DNA of 64,000 nucleotides from a virus, in IMG/VR virus record IMGVR_UViG_3300017971_007886, positions 1 through 64,000 of that record; one strand, 5' to 3'. Positions 17,931 to 27,924 of this stretch are shown here, piece after piece (position 1 is the first letter of the stretch; each line of letters opens with the position of its first letter). The position numbers were made by a program, and so were the translations under genes. The notes beneath the pieces were generated by a model that worked only from the letters and a program-made list of their open reading frames with translations, had not been told where the DNA came from and made no database searches.

Positions 17931-18376
17931 CGCCGTGAGTTGCCTTGGCTGGTTTGTGTTCGGGGCCTTTGGTTGGGCGGTTTTCGTGTTGCTCTTTCTC
18001 CTCCTTTGGAACAGTCGAACAAGACACCACGACAGGGATGGTACTTGGCTCGACGATATGTGAGGACACAATGGTAGAGACAGACGAGAGCCGTAGGCTC
18101 GAAGAAGAGGATAGGACCAAGGCCCTCAAGAACTTCGCACGTCACGAACACCAAGAGTGTAACCCTGAGACCGGCGAGCGGGCGTTTCTGCACCGTGTGG
18201 AGGCGTACTTCCATCAACGTCGTGGTCAGCACTTCTGTAGTGACGGCGAGCGGGCGGCGAACGGTTGTATCCTTCGGTGTGGGCATCCCAAGTCTGTACT
18301 TCAACAACTCGACAACAGCGCGGCGTGGTGGTGCTCCTATTGTGGTGCCATCGTGCCCGATGCAGAGGTGAGACGA

Positions 18377-18705
18377 TGAGTGATGACAGGTACAGGCCCA
18401 CGTTTGATGTTCGCTTCCTGTTCTCTGAGAACGACTACGGGAGGCACCTCGACTTCGCCTTGGTGACGATGGACGAACACCGTCATATCGACGCAGCCGC
18501 CGTCAACATCGTTAGCGAGAAATTGCCAGAGGGGGAGCGTATCCCTACGTGTATGAGCATCACCAGGGAGAGCGCCCAGTCCATCGTCGATGAGCTACAC
18601 CGTCTTGGGTTCCGGCCCACTACCAAGGAGCCGCCTCAAGGCGAACTCGCTGCAACGAAGTACCACCTCGAAGACATGCGAAGGCTGGTATTCAAGGAGG
18701 AATGA
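18377..18705 (+). CDS. hypothetical protein
   Basis: ORF ending ELAATKYHLEDMRRLVF. Confidence 0.5.
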
Positions 18706-19029
18706 GATGTTTGTACTCGTGCTGAATGACATGAGGATGCCTCAGATTGAAATGGTAGAGCCCGTCGCACGGGCCGAGACGAAGGAGGCCCTGGTCGCTT
18801 TCGTTGGTCGGGAAGCGGTCGAGCCCTACCAGGAGCCGGGTGAGAACACCTATGGCAAGGTGACATGGACCAAGAACTTTCGGAAGGGTGGGCCGCTTGA
18901 GTGGTACAACCCTCCGACACAAACACTGGACCCTCCGAATGGTATCGCTGACGTTGGTACCGAGGACAGTTGGGCTGATGCCGGTCGTCGGGAGTTCCAG
19001 AACAGGTTTGGTTCGCTGCCCGAGGTTGG

Positions 19030-19416
19030 ATGATGCCCGTGCCCGTGAAGAAAAAGAAGAAGTCCGCGAAGAGAGTGCGTGCTGGTCGCCGGTCCCAGCG
19101 CAAGGGGAAACAGTACCAAAAGGTGATTGCCGACATCGTATCAGAGCACCTGGGTATTCCCCCCGAAGAGTTCTACTCCGCACTAGCGGGCCTGACCGGC
19201 CCAGACGTTGCCGCCTCGCGTGTTGCAAGGCGGTTGTTTCCCTTCGCCGTCGAGACGAAGGATTGCAAGTCAGTGTCCATGCCTCAGTGGTTGGCCGAAG
19301 CGGAAGCCAATGCTGACGGTGCGGAACTGCCGTTCGCCCTCATCTTCAAGCTCCACGGGCGTCGGCGGAACTACATCACATTGGAGCTTGAGGAGTTTCT
19401 GAAGTGGGTCAAGTGA
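19030..19416 (+). CDS. Holliday-junction-resolvase-like nuclease
   Basis: SQRKGKQYQ...GPDV...FAVETK...ALIFK. Confidence 0.7.
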   Translation: MMPVPVKKKKKSAKRVRAGRRSQRKGKQYQKVIADIVSEHLGIPPEEFYSALAGLTGPDVAASRVARRLFPFAVETKDCKSVSMPQWLAEAEANADGAELPFALIFKLHGRRRNYITLELEEFLKWVK

Positions 19417-20098
19417 AGCGGTATCAGATTGTGCAGAACGACCATACCCAGGTGGCGATGTTCGTTGAGAAACTGGCCGAGGACGAGGCGGAAGCCCTTG
19501 AGGCTTTAGGGTACAGAGTGGTGGAGGAGTTCACGGCCAAGAACGACGCAGCCGCCAAGAAGCGGTTCGTGTCCTGGGTACACACGTTCGCCCCTGATGC
19601 CTCGGAGCAAGAGGTCCGTCGTGAGCGGCTGGAACTCATGGCCCTCAAGGAGTTGTCAGCATGAAGAAGTACGCCCTCCATCCTGGGTATGTGCGATCAA
19701 AGTTCGATGGTGATGAGCACTTCATTACTGCGGGCCAACTCGCCCACCTTCACGGTGTACCTATGCAGGAGTGCGTTGTTGTGCCATGGGACGACCCTCG
19801 TGAGAACTCGCTCAAAGGGTTCAAGCGGGATGATCTGGTTCACTTGTATCCTTCGTACCATGGCAACTACAGGAGGCTGGGTGATGGTTCGTAAAGTGTA
19901 CGGTGGAGAGAATGAGGTTTGGTGCGATCTCGACGAGATACTGCACGAGACTGACGGGGCGGTGCGTGTTCAACTGAAGAACGAGGACGAGCCCCGCTGG
20001 ATTCCGAAGAGTGAGAAAGTGCTGATCGACATCAACGATGAGGTGGTTGGTGTCCACAAATGGTTTGCCGACAAGGAAGGCATCCAAGGAGACTGGTA

Positions 20099-20482
20099 AT
20101 GGACGAGCAAAGAACAGAAGAAGCGGCGATGGAAGTGATCGAGCTGGCGGCGGCAACAGCACACGAGGTCAACCGGGCGTATTGTCAGGGACTTGGCGAC
20201 GACAGCCAGCCCCCGTGGGCCGAGGCCCCTGAGTGGCAGCGAAAGTCGGCCATCGAGGGTGCGAAGATGATCGCAATGTTCCCCGACACACCTCCGAGTG
20301 CCAGCCACGACAACTGGCTCAAGGAGAAGGAGCGGGACGGGTGGAAGTTCGGCCCGGTCAAAGACCCGGAGAAGAAGGAGCACCCGTGTTTCGTGCCCTA
20401 CGACGAGTTGCCCGCAGCCCAGAAGGCGAAGGACGCCCTCTTCGGTGCCGCTGTCCGTGGAATCCTTGGCCTGGAGGTGTGA
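20099..20482 (+). CDS. RyR-domain protein
   Basis: SHDNWLKEKERDGWKFGPVKDPEKKEHPCFVPYDELPAAQKAKD. Confidence 0.85.
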   Translation: MDEQRTEEAAMEVIELAAATAHEVNRAYCQGLGDDSQPPWAEAPEWQRKSAIEGAKMIAMFPDTPPSASHDNWLKEKERDGWKFGPVKDPEKKEHPCFVPYDELPAAQKAKDALFGAAVRGILGLEV

Positions 20483-20483
20483 G

Positions 20484-20828
20484 ATGTCGATGAGCTTTGA
20501 TGACTACCAAGACGAGGTGATGCGTACCTGTGGCGTGGCTCCCGGTGAGTTCAAAGAGGGACTGCTGATGACCTCGATGGGTGTGGGGAGCGAGGCCGGG
20601 GAGATTCTGGAGCACGTCAAACACCACTTTTACCACGCCCATCGTTTCGACGAGGAGCACATGAAGAAGGAGATCGGGGACTGCCTGTGGTACCTCGCGG
20701 CCCTCGCATCCTTCTGTGGTCTGTCCTTGGAGGATGTGATTGAAGGGAATGTGGCCAAGCTCCAGAAGAGGTACCCTGATGGGTTCTCTACGGAGCGTTC
20801 GATCAATAGGGCTCCCGATGACGATTAA
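20484..20828 (+). CDS. MazG-like nucleotide pyrophosphohydrolase
   Basis: GSEAGEILE...KKEIGDCLWY...NVAKLQKRYPDGF. Confidence 0.88.
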   Translation: MSMSFDDYQDEVMRTCGVAPGEFKEGLLMTSMGVGSEAGEILEHVKHHFYHAHRFDEEHMKKEIGDCLWYLAALASFCGLSLEDVIEGNVAKLQKRYPDGFSTERSINRAPDDD

Positions 20829-21069
20829 ACCGGTAGCTCCCCTTGTTCCTGAGAACAAGGCCGAGATGTTGGAGCTGTTGGATGTTCTGCGTGACCGCGT
20901 GGAAGCCAACAATGTCCGAGCCATTGTCGCTGTAGAGGTTCGGGTCGGTACAGACAACCCGACGATTCTCCACAACGCAGGTCACATCGCGTATGCGGAG
21001 ATCGCCGGGTATCTGTCCTTCACACAACACGACCTCTGGGCGAAGGCATCGGGGGTCTTCGAGGAATGA
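20818..21069 (+). CDS. hypothetical protein
   Basis: ORF coupled to mazG. Confidence 0.45.
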   Translation: MTIKPVAPLVPENKAEMLELLDVLRDRVEANNVRAIVAVEVRVGTDNPTILHNAGHIAYAEIAGYLSFTQHDLWAKASGVFEE

Positions 21070-22092
21070 GAGGCCCCTATGAAGTTCAAGAAGCTGACCA
21101 GCGAAGAGTACCCACGCGGGTACTGTTGTGCTGCTGGTTGTACGAACGAGTCGGCGGTAGTTGACGCCACTCGCAAACGAAAGGACGTTGACCTGCCCCT
21201 GTGTGATTATCACTGGGAGAAGCAATGCGACGAAGAGGAGAAAGACCATGAGCGAGCCCGAATACTTCAGAGACCCAAACGACGGGAAGCTGTACTATCT
21301 GGACCCAATGACTCGACAGAAGATCGAGGTACGCGACCGGCAAGTACACCAAGACCAAAGAAAAGAGGACTCGCACAAAGGGTTCTTCGACCAGAAGGGC
21401 GACCGTCAAAAGGTACGACGTTCAGAGTCAGTGCAGAAACGATTCGAGCAGCTCGTACTCGATAGGGCCGATCCTGGGTACCATCCCGACGTGAAGCGCG
21501 TGAGTGACGACACGTTCTTGCAGATGCGTCACGACCCTCAGTTTCAGCCCCTCAACACCTACATCAACAAGCTCCAACTCGCCAACGGGAAGTGGGTTCG
21601 CCCGATTTTGCAGGGCGAGGTCGGGATGATTGGGGCCACAATCTACGTGCTGGAGTCTGGAAAGACGATCCAGAGCGTGGTACCCGAACAGCTAGAAAGG
21701 AGTGACACCGATGCCAAGTAAACGGTACCCACTGCGGAACAGCAGTTTCAGGGGGCGTCGTACCCCTCAACAGATTGCCGATGAGGCCGCCAGGAAGGCC
21801 GAAGCGAGGAAGATCGCGGAGGGCCAACGCATCACTGAGCGTGACGACCTGGCCATGACTCTTATCGCAATCGCGGAGTCCATGCGGAAGGACGAGAACA
21901 TTGACGCTCGCCGTGTCCACAGGGTCGAGATCGACCTGGATGATCAACTCGGGGCAGTAGTGGTCATCCACAGTAAGGTGTTCCCGACTCAGAAGCACAT
22001 GGTCTCCCCCTCCCGTTTGAGCGAGGTGTCGCAGGAAGTCTTTGGGGCTGACGAGCCCGAAGATCCTGATCCGCCACCACCGGAGGACACTG

Positions 22093-22497
22093 ATGGGCAA
22101 TCGTAGGTACATCATCACGAAGACGTTTCGGTTCGACTCTGCGCATCAGTTGTTCAAGATGCCAGCGGACCATCCGTGTCACCAGCTCCACGGTCACACG
22201 TACACGGTGGATGTCACGTTGTCCTCGTTGGGTTTGGACGACCGGGACATGGTGCTCGATCTCAACGTGTTCAGGGAACTCAAGAGCGTTCTCGACCACG
22301 CAAACCTGAATGATGTGATCCCGTCCGAGTATGGACAGCCTACCTCCGAGGTCTTGTGCAAGTACATCTGGGACTGGATCGACCGTCAGATTTGGGAACG
22401 GCTAGGCCCCGAGGGTCGGAAGGAGGTAGCCATTGGCAGAGTCGGAGTCCAAGAGACTCCCAACAACCGTACCGAGCTGGTACTGGAGGTAGAATGA
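22093..22497 (+). CDS. queD: 6-carboxy-5,6,7,8-tetrahydropterin synthase
   Basis: FDSAHQL, CHQLHGHTY, LDHANLN, PTSE, QETP. Confidence 0.93.
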   Translation: MGNRRYIITKTFRFDSAHQLFKMPADHPCHQLHGHTYTVDVTLSSLGLDDRDMVLDLNVFRELKSVLDHANLNDVIPSEYGQPTSEVLCKYIWDWIDRQIWERLGPEGRKEVAIGRVGVQETPNNRTELVLEVE

Positions 22498-22972
22498 TGC
22501 GGAAGCTAGAAAGACCTGAACTCGCCATCGGCCAGATTTGGCGTGACGAAGATCCTCGACGGCCTCCGAGGCATTTCGAGGTGATCGAAATCAACGATGG
22601 TGGGAGTAAGGTGAAGTGCAAAATCAGAGGACTGAACGGGTACACGCCCAAATCCGATGTCGCGATTCTCTCGGCAGAGCGTTTTGTGCGTAGGTTCCTG
22701 TTGGTCTCATCGGCCCAGAGTGGTAGTCTGGCCGGGTAACCCGCGCCCTATTGGACGCAAGAAAGAGAGAAAGCCCTAATGAAGAAGTTGACCAAATCGC
22801 AGACCGGAATCCTACACCGTCTCAATTCAGACGGACGTACTCCAATCACAGAGATGCACACCGGTAGTGCCCGTGCCCTGGAAGGCCAGGGGTTTGTGAA
22901 GATTCGCGAAGGCAAGGCCGGTACCGGGGTTGTCATCACTGCTGCCGGGAAGCGGGCCTTGGAGGCGAGTGC

Positions 22973-23656
22973 GTGACACTACGCCTTGCAGAGGTGTTTC
23001 CTACCGTACAGGGGGAGGGAGTGCTGATCGGTACCCCCTCCCTCTTTGTACGGACTCATGGGTGCAACCTGCGGTGTGAGTGGTGCGATACCCCGAACAC
23101 TAGCAGGTTGTCTCACCTACCTGAGAACAAGCCACAGAAGGTCGAAGTTGAAAAGCTCCTCAACTTCATAGTCAACGAGCAACCACTCGACCATATCGTG
23201 GTGACAGGCGGCGAGCCTATGTTACAGGCCGCCGATCTCTTTGAACTCGCACGAGCGTTGTACGAGGTGTACCACGTCACGCTCGAATCGAATGGGTCTC
23301 TGTACCCCAAGGTTCCGTTGCACACCTTGGTCCATCTGTTGAGCCTGAGTCCGAAGCTCTCGGAGGATGATTGGTCTGTTTCCAAACAGCTCATTGACGA
23401 GTGTGCCGAAACTCCGGGCACCTCCGTTCAGTTGAAGGTGGTCGTCACTGACCGTGCTGAATTGGAACTAGCCCTAGTTCGACTGGCCGCCCTGTGGAGG
23501 GCAACCAATGGCCGGTTCACTCCAATCATCCAACCCGAATCAAGCAGAGGGACAGAATGGGTACGAAGCGTGATGAACCATCTGGCATCAAAGTCAGACT
23601 GTCAGATACCCGTGAGGGTGATACCGCAGATACACGTCCTGGTTGGCGTCCGGTAG
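22973..23656 (+). CDS. queE: 7-carboxy-7-deazaguanine synthase (radical SAM)
   Basis: VQGEG, GCNLRCEWCDT, TGGEP, ESNG, SLSPK, PQIH. Confidence 0.94.
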   Translation: MTLRLAEVFPTVQGEGVLIGTPSLFVRTHGCNLRCEWCDTPNTSRLSHLPENKPQKVEVEKLLNFIVNEQPLDHIVVTGGEPMLQAADLFELARALYEVYHVTLESNGSLYPKVPLHTLVHLLSLSPKLSEDDWSVSKQLIDECAETPGTSVQLKVVVTDRAELELALVRLAALWRATNGRFTPIIQPESSRGTEWVRSVMNHLASKSDCQIPVRVIPQIHVLVGVR

Positions 23657-24258
23657 CGGTACCGAAACAGATTCAGTCGGCAGTGAAGTCACTGTTGAAC
23701 TGGTGTGGCACCTACCAAGCAGAGGAGCAATACTTCCAAGACCTGGATCTGGAGGAAACTCCTGCGAGAATGGCCCGGATGTGGAAGCACGAATTGTTGT
23801 CGTCCTACAGGCCGGGAGCGTTTGAGGAGCTGGTAGATCGATTCACCACGTTCGAGTTGAAGGAGCTGGCCCCGAGGGAGATGATCGTTCAGGGTGACAT
23901 CCAGTTCTACTCGCAGTGTTGTCACCACATGGTCCCGTTCTTTGGGAGTGTCGCTGTTGGGTACATTCCAAAGGACAAGATCGTCGGTCTGTCGAAGATC
24001 GCACGAGTGGTTGACCACTTTGCGAAGCAACTACAACTCCAAGAGAGATTGACATCCCAGGTAGCGGACTTTCTCATGGAGCATCTGACACCAGCGGGGG
24101 TGATCGTGGTTGTGAAGGCCGAGCACCTTTGTATGACCATGCGTGGGGTACAGAAGCCCGGTACCATCACAGTTACTTCGGCATTGAGAGGGAACACCGT
24201 TGACAACCCCACCGTTCAACAGGAGTTCTACCGGCTCATTGGCATGGTACACTCCTAG
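23557..24258 (+). CDS. folE: GTP cyclohydrolase I (start uncertain)
   Basis: ETPARMA, SQCCHHMVPF, VGLSKIAR, QLQERLT, AEHLCMTMRGV. Confidence 0.93.
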   Translation: MGTKRDEPSGIKVRLSDTREGDTADTRPGWRPVAVPKQIQSAVKSLLNWCGTYQAEEQYFQDLDLEETPARMARMWKHELLSSYRPGAFEELVDRFTTFELKELAPREMIVQGDIQFYSQCCHHMVPFFGSVAVGYIPKDKIVGLSKIARVVDHFAKQLQLQERLTSQVADFLMEHLTPAGVIVVVKAEHLCMTMRGVQKPGTITVTSALRGNTVDNPTVQQEFYRLIGMVHS

Positions 24259-24294
24259 GGACCGATTTGACTCCTTCGGTGGGTGTGGTAGATT
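24259..24294 (+). promoter_or_regulatory. sigma70-like promoter TTGACT-N16-TAGATT
   Basis: Shares GGACCGATTTGACT with the promoter at 683. Confidence 0.5.
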
Positions 24295-24627
24295 CACATC
24301 ACGGGAAACACGCCAAGTGCTCTCTCCCGTACCCTGCCCACCACACCTTGCAGAAGCCATTGCCAACCGCCAAAGCGGGTGTGGTGGGCTCTATCAACCC
24401 GGAGGAACAGATGCCACTGAGCGCCCAGTATGCGTGCTGTCCTCGTTATGGTCGAGGACGGGAGTTCACGATAAGCAGGATTGTGTGTTTCTGGAGTCAC
24501 TTCATCATGGATGATCCAGACGCACACCCAATGATGAAAGAGTTAGCCCTTAACTGTTGGAGGTGCCCGAATCGCAGGTACCTTCGTTTAACCGTACCGA
24601 AAGAGCGGTACAACAAGGAGAGAGTCA

Positions 24628-25362
24628 ATGGCAGAAGTAGAGAAGACGGTCAAACGTCTGGAGAAGATGGCAGAAGCCCTGTTGGAGATCGCGGAGGCTC
24701 TACCCGGCTTGGTGGGCACCAAGTCTTCAAAGTCAAAGTCCAAGGCCAAGCCCGCCCCAGAGCCCGAGCCCGATGAGGACGAGGAGCTGGAAGAGGAAGA
24801 GGTCGAGGAGGAAGTCGAAGAGGAAGAGGAGGCAGAAGAGGAAGAAAGCCCTTCCGACGACGGCGACCTGGATTCGATGAACCGCATCCAGTTGTTGCCG
24901 CTCGCCAAGGAACTCGGAATCGACAGCCGTGGCAAGAAGGGGGACGAGCTGCGGGAACTCATCCGAGAAGCCCAGGGCGACGGGGGTACACGCAAGAAGA
25001 CTACCAAAAAGAAGGGTACCACCAAGAAGGCCGCCGCTTCCAAAGGCGCGTCCAAGAAGTCCCGGCCAGCCAAGTCCGGGCTCTCCTCGAAGAAGCCCGC
25101 AAAAGGTGGGCTAGGAGGCGCGAAGAAGAAAGGTACCGGGAAGCCGAAGCTCTCGGTGAGACTGGAGACATTCATCAGCAACAACTACGCCGACTTCGCT
25201 GAAATCCTCGATGGGGAGCGCGACGAGGAGACGGGCGTGTTGGGCTGCCAGGGTGTCTGCACCAAATGTCCGAACCCCGAAGAGTACGACACCGCCGCAG
25301 AGCAGGTCAAAGCCTGCTACGCCACGGTCAAGGACAGAATCGAGGCAGAGGAAGACGAGTAG
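24628..25362 (+). CDS. acidic/basic protein with Rho-N-like domain and C-terminal Cys cluster
   Basis: Poly-E tract, LDSMNRIQLLPLAKELGI..KKGDELRELI, K-rich tract, CQGVCTKC. Confidence 0.65.
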   Translation: MAEVEKTVKRLEKMAEALLEIAEALPGLVGTKSSKSKSKAKPAPEPEPDEDEELEEEEVEEEVEEEEEAEEEESPSDDGDLDSMNRIQLLPLAKELGIDSRGKKGDELRELIREAQGDGGTRKKTTKKKGTTKKAAASKGASKKSRPAKSGLSSKKPAKGGLGGAKKKGTGKPKLSVRLETFISNNYADFAEILDGERDEETGVLGCQGVCTKCPNPEEYDTAAEQVKACYATVKDRIEAEEDE

Positions 25363-25391
25363 CGCACCTTCCCGCAAGCGACATCTTCAGA

Positions 25392-25436
25392 ACGCGAGGG
25401 CACTCCGGGCGGCTGGCCTGGGGTGCCTTTTCGCGT
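25392..25436 (+). terminator. hairpin / probable terminator
   Basis: GCGAGGGGCACTCCGGG pairs with CCTGGGGTGCCTTTTCGC. Confidence 0.45.
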
Positions 25437-25459
25437 CTCAGGGAGGCTGCGCCGATCCT

Positions 25460-25920
25460 ACCGGCCCCCGATTCTACCGGCCCCCAAGGGTACCCCGGCC
25501 CCCGGTCCTACCCCGGCCCCCGGCCCCCGGCCCGGTACCTTGCCAGGGGTACCCCTGGCCCCCTTGCCATACGTTGCCCTACAATCGGTTGCCCTAGGTA
25601 CCCTTGCCACCGATTGCCATACGTTGCCAGGGGTACCCTTGCCCTACATTGCCCTAGGTACCCTTGCCACCGATTGCCATACGTTGCCCTAGGTGTATTG
25701 TACCCCGGCCCGGTACCCCGGCCCGGTACCCTTACAATACGTTGCCATACATTGCCACCGATTGCCCTAGGTACCCCGGCCCGGTAGGGTACCGGTACCC
25801 TACCCTAGGTTGCCATACGTTGCCCTAGGTGTATGGTGAAAAGAAAAGTAACCAAGGGGCCGGGGTACTGTGTAGGTACCTCAGAGGTACCCAAAACGAT
25901 CGTTAGGGGTACCGATTGAT
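25460..25920. repeat. low-complexity repeat array (GGTACC, CCCGG, CCTAGG, phased TTGCC)
   Basis: Identical 40-mer at 25589-25628 and 25649-25688; TTGCC recurs at mostly 10-bp spacing. Confidence 0.9.
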
Positions 25921-25931
25921 CCGATTAGGGA

Positions 25932-25961
25932 TTGACAATCGAAGATCGTTGATCTCACAAT
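25932..25961 (+). promoter_or_regulatory. sigma70-like promoter TTGACA-N18-CACAAT
   Basis: Perfect -35 upstream of the H1-like gene. Confidence 0.5.
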
Positions 25962-26030
25962 GGGATTGAACCATTAACAGGCCCCTAGGGGCCAAAGAAC
26001 AGGGGCCAAGCCCCGAGGAGAACTAGAACC

Positions 26031-26585
26031 ATGGCGAGACAAGCGAAAACCACAACCAAGGCCACAACCAAGAAAGCCCCCAAGGCCCCCAAGGGTACCC
26101 CGAAAAAACCGGCCCCCAAGGCCCCCAAGGGTACCGCCAAGGCCAAGAAAGCCCCCAAGGGTACCGCCAAGGCCAAGAAAGCCCCCAAGGGTACCGCCAA
26201 GGCCAAGGCCAGCGACAAGGCCAGCGACAAGGCCCCCAAGGCGGTATCTACCCCGCGATTGAATCAAACCGCGATCAAAATGGGGGGCCGGTATCACATG
26301 ACGCGATCCTACCATTTTGAAGATCCCAAGGCCCGATCCGAGTTTATCGCGAGACTCGAAGCGGGAGACTTTGATCTCGCGATCCAGTATCTTGAGGTAG
26401 GCCCCTTTGTGGTCCTAGTCAACGTGGAAGCCGAGCCCTTGCCGATCAACGTGTCCGACGATCCCAAGGTGAAGGAAGCGCGGGAAGCGTATAAGGCGGA
26501 AATGGCCAAGGCCAGGGAAGCCCTGAAGGCCAAGGTTGCCGAAATCAAGGCCACCTATCGCGCCAAGGCCAAGGCCAGCGAATAG
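26031..26585 (+). CDS. histone-H1-like Lys/Ala/Pro-rich DNA-binding protein
   Basis: GAGGAG RBS; KAPKGTAKAK x3 (30-bp tandem repeats) followed by a small folded domain and a basic helix. Confidence 0.7.
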   Translation: MARQAKTTTKATTKKAPKAPKGTPKKPAPKAPKGTAKAKKAPKGTAKAKKAPKGTAKAKASDKASDKAPKAVSTPRLNQTAIKMGGRYHMTRSYHFEDPKARSEFIARLEAGDFDLAIQYLEVGPFVVLVNVEAEPLPINVSDDPKVKEAREAYKAEMAKAREALKAKVAEIKATYRAKAKASE

Positions 26586-26975
26586 CCAAGGCCCCCCGGC
26601 CCCCAAGGGTACCCCGGCCCGGTCCTACCCCGGCCCGAGGTACCCCGGCCCGGTCCTACCATGCCCGATCAACGTCCTACCCCTTATCCCTACCGGCCCG
26701 AGGTACCCCGGCCCCCCAAGGGTACCCCGGCCCCCGGTAGGGGTATCCCTACCCCGGCCCGGTACCTTGGCCCCTTGGCCTTGTGTCTGGCCTTGGTAGG
26801 GATACCCCTACCCCTACCGGCCCCCGGCCCGGTCCTACCCCGGCCCGAGGTACCCCGGCCCGGTCCTACCTTGGCCCCTTGCCAAGGGTACCCCGGCCCC
26901 CGGCCCGGTCCTAGTCTACTGGCCCCCGGCCCCCGGCCCGGTACCCCGGCCCGAGGTACAAGGCCCCCGGCCCGA
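26586..26975. repeat. low-complexity repeat array (CCCCGGCCC / GGTACC / GGTCCTACC)
   Basis: Repeated GGTACCCCGGCCC and GGTCCTACCCCGGCCC units shared with 25480-25530. Confidence 0.9.
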
Positions 26976-27080
26976 TTTGTTGATCGTGCCGATCTATTAT
27001 ATAGGTGTGATCCCTACTTTTGCCCACATTGCCAGGGTACCGGGCCGGTACCTGGCACTAACCAAAAAGGAGAGCTGGAA

Positions 27081-27257
27081 ATGAAGTGTAGCAAGTGTGG
27101 ATATGCGGACCCCGAAGGGAGGGCAGTTGACTGCCCGAACTGCGGAGCCCCAGCAGAGGTTGACGAGTGCCCAGAGTGTGGATCTCTTGGCAGTCAGGTG
27201 TGTTCCCCGGACTGTTCTATTCAGCGCAACCCAGACAAGGAGAGCGACGATGAGTAG
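27081..27257 (+). CDS. small Zn-ribbon protein
   Basis: AAGGAG RBS; CSKC, CPNC, CPEC. Confidence 0.55.
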   Translation: MKCSKCGYADPEGRAVDCPNCGAPAEVDECPECGSLGSQVCSPDCSIQRNPDKESDDE

Positions 27258-27433
27258 GCCACGCTGTAAGGTGCTCCAGGTGTTCGATCCAGAGTCAGGC
27301 CGTCACTACCGGTGCAGGGTCAACGGTGTGAAGTTGGATCGCAACAAGGTACTGACCGTCCCGTTCAAGAGCGGGCTGGCCAAGGTGTTTTGGAATCACG
27401 ATTGCTCCCGGTGGGAGCGGAAAGGAGCGTAGC

Positions 27434-27904
27434 TTGAGAACTATTCGCCAATACAGATACCCACGCAAACTGGAGTTGGTTGCGCGGAGTATCACTATGA
27501 CAGCAGAGGAGCGAGCGGTGTACGCCACAAAGGCTGACATGCCCGACAAGTTGGCGGCCATCCTTCTCCCGATGCTGCGACACACCGAGCAGGAGCGGTT
27601 CTTGGTAACCCTCTTGGATACGCCGCTACTGGTCAACGGTGTGATCGAGATTGCGCGTGGATCAGTGAACGTGTGCGCTGTCCAGCCAAGGGAGGTGTTT
27701 CGCCCAGCGGTGCTGGCGAACTGTGCGGCGATCATCCTCGCACACAATCACCCATCAGGTAGCCTGAAGCCTTCGCAGGATGACCTGAAACTCACTCGGA
27801 GGTTAGTGAAGGCAGGAGAGGTACTGGGTATCCAGGTGCTCGATCACCTGATACTCGGTCGAGGGGACTTTCTCTCGTTGAAGGCTGCGAGGAAGATGAA
27901 CTGA
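27434..27904 (+). CDS. RadC-like JAB/MPN domain protein
   Basis: QERF, PREVF, AHNHPSG..PSQDD, VLDHLI. Confidence 0.88.
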   Translation: MRTIRQYRYPRKLELVARSITMTAEERAVYATKADMPDKLAAILLPMLRHTEQERFLVTLLDTPLLVNGVIEIARGSVNVCAVQPREVFRPAVLANCAAIILAHNHPSGSLKPSQDDLKLTRRLVKAGEVLGIQVLDHLILGRGDFLSLKAARKMN

Positions 27905-27924
27905 ACCAGAACAAGGAGAACAAG

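Noticed and set aside
25211-25787. ORFs 25211-25597, 25266-25787, 25423-25692 and 26661-27080
   Set aside because: Translations merely mirror the DNA repeats; no RBS.
25460-27060. CRISPR array (a Cas4-like gene is present at 16268)
   Set aside because: No constant repeat with unique spacers; units are short, permuted words. Solo Cas4-like nucleases are common in phages.
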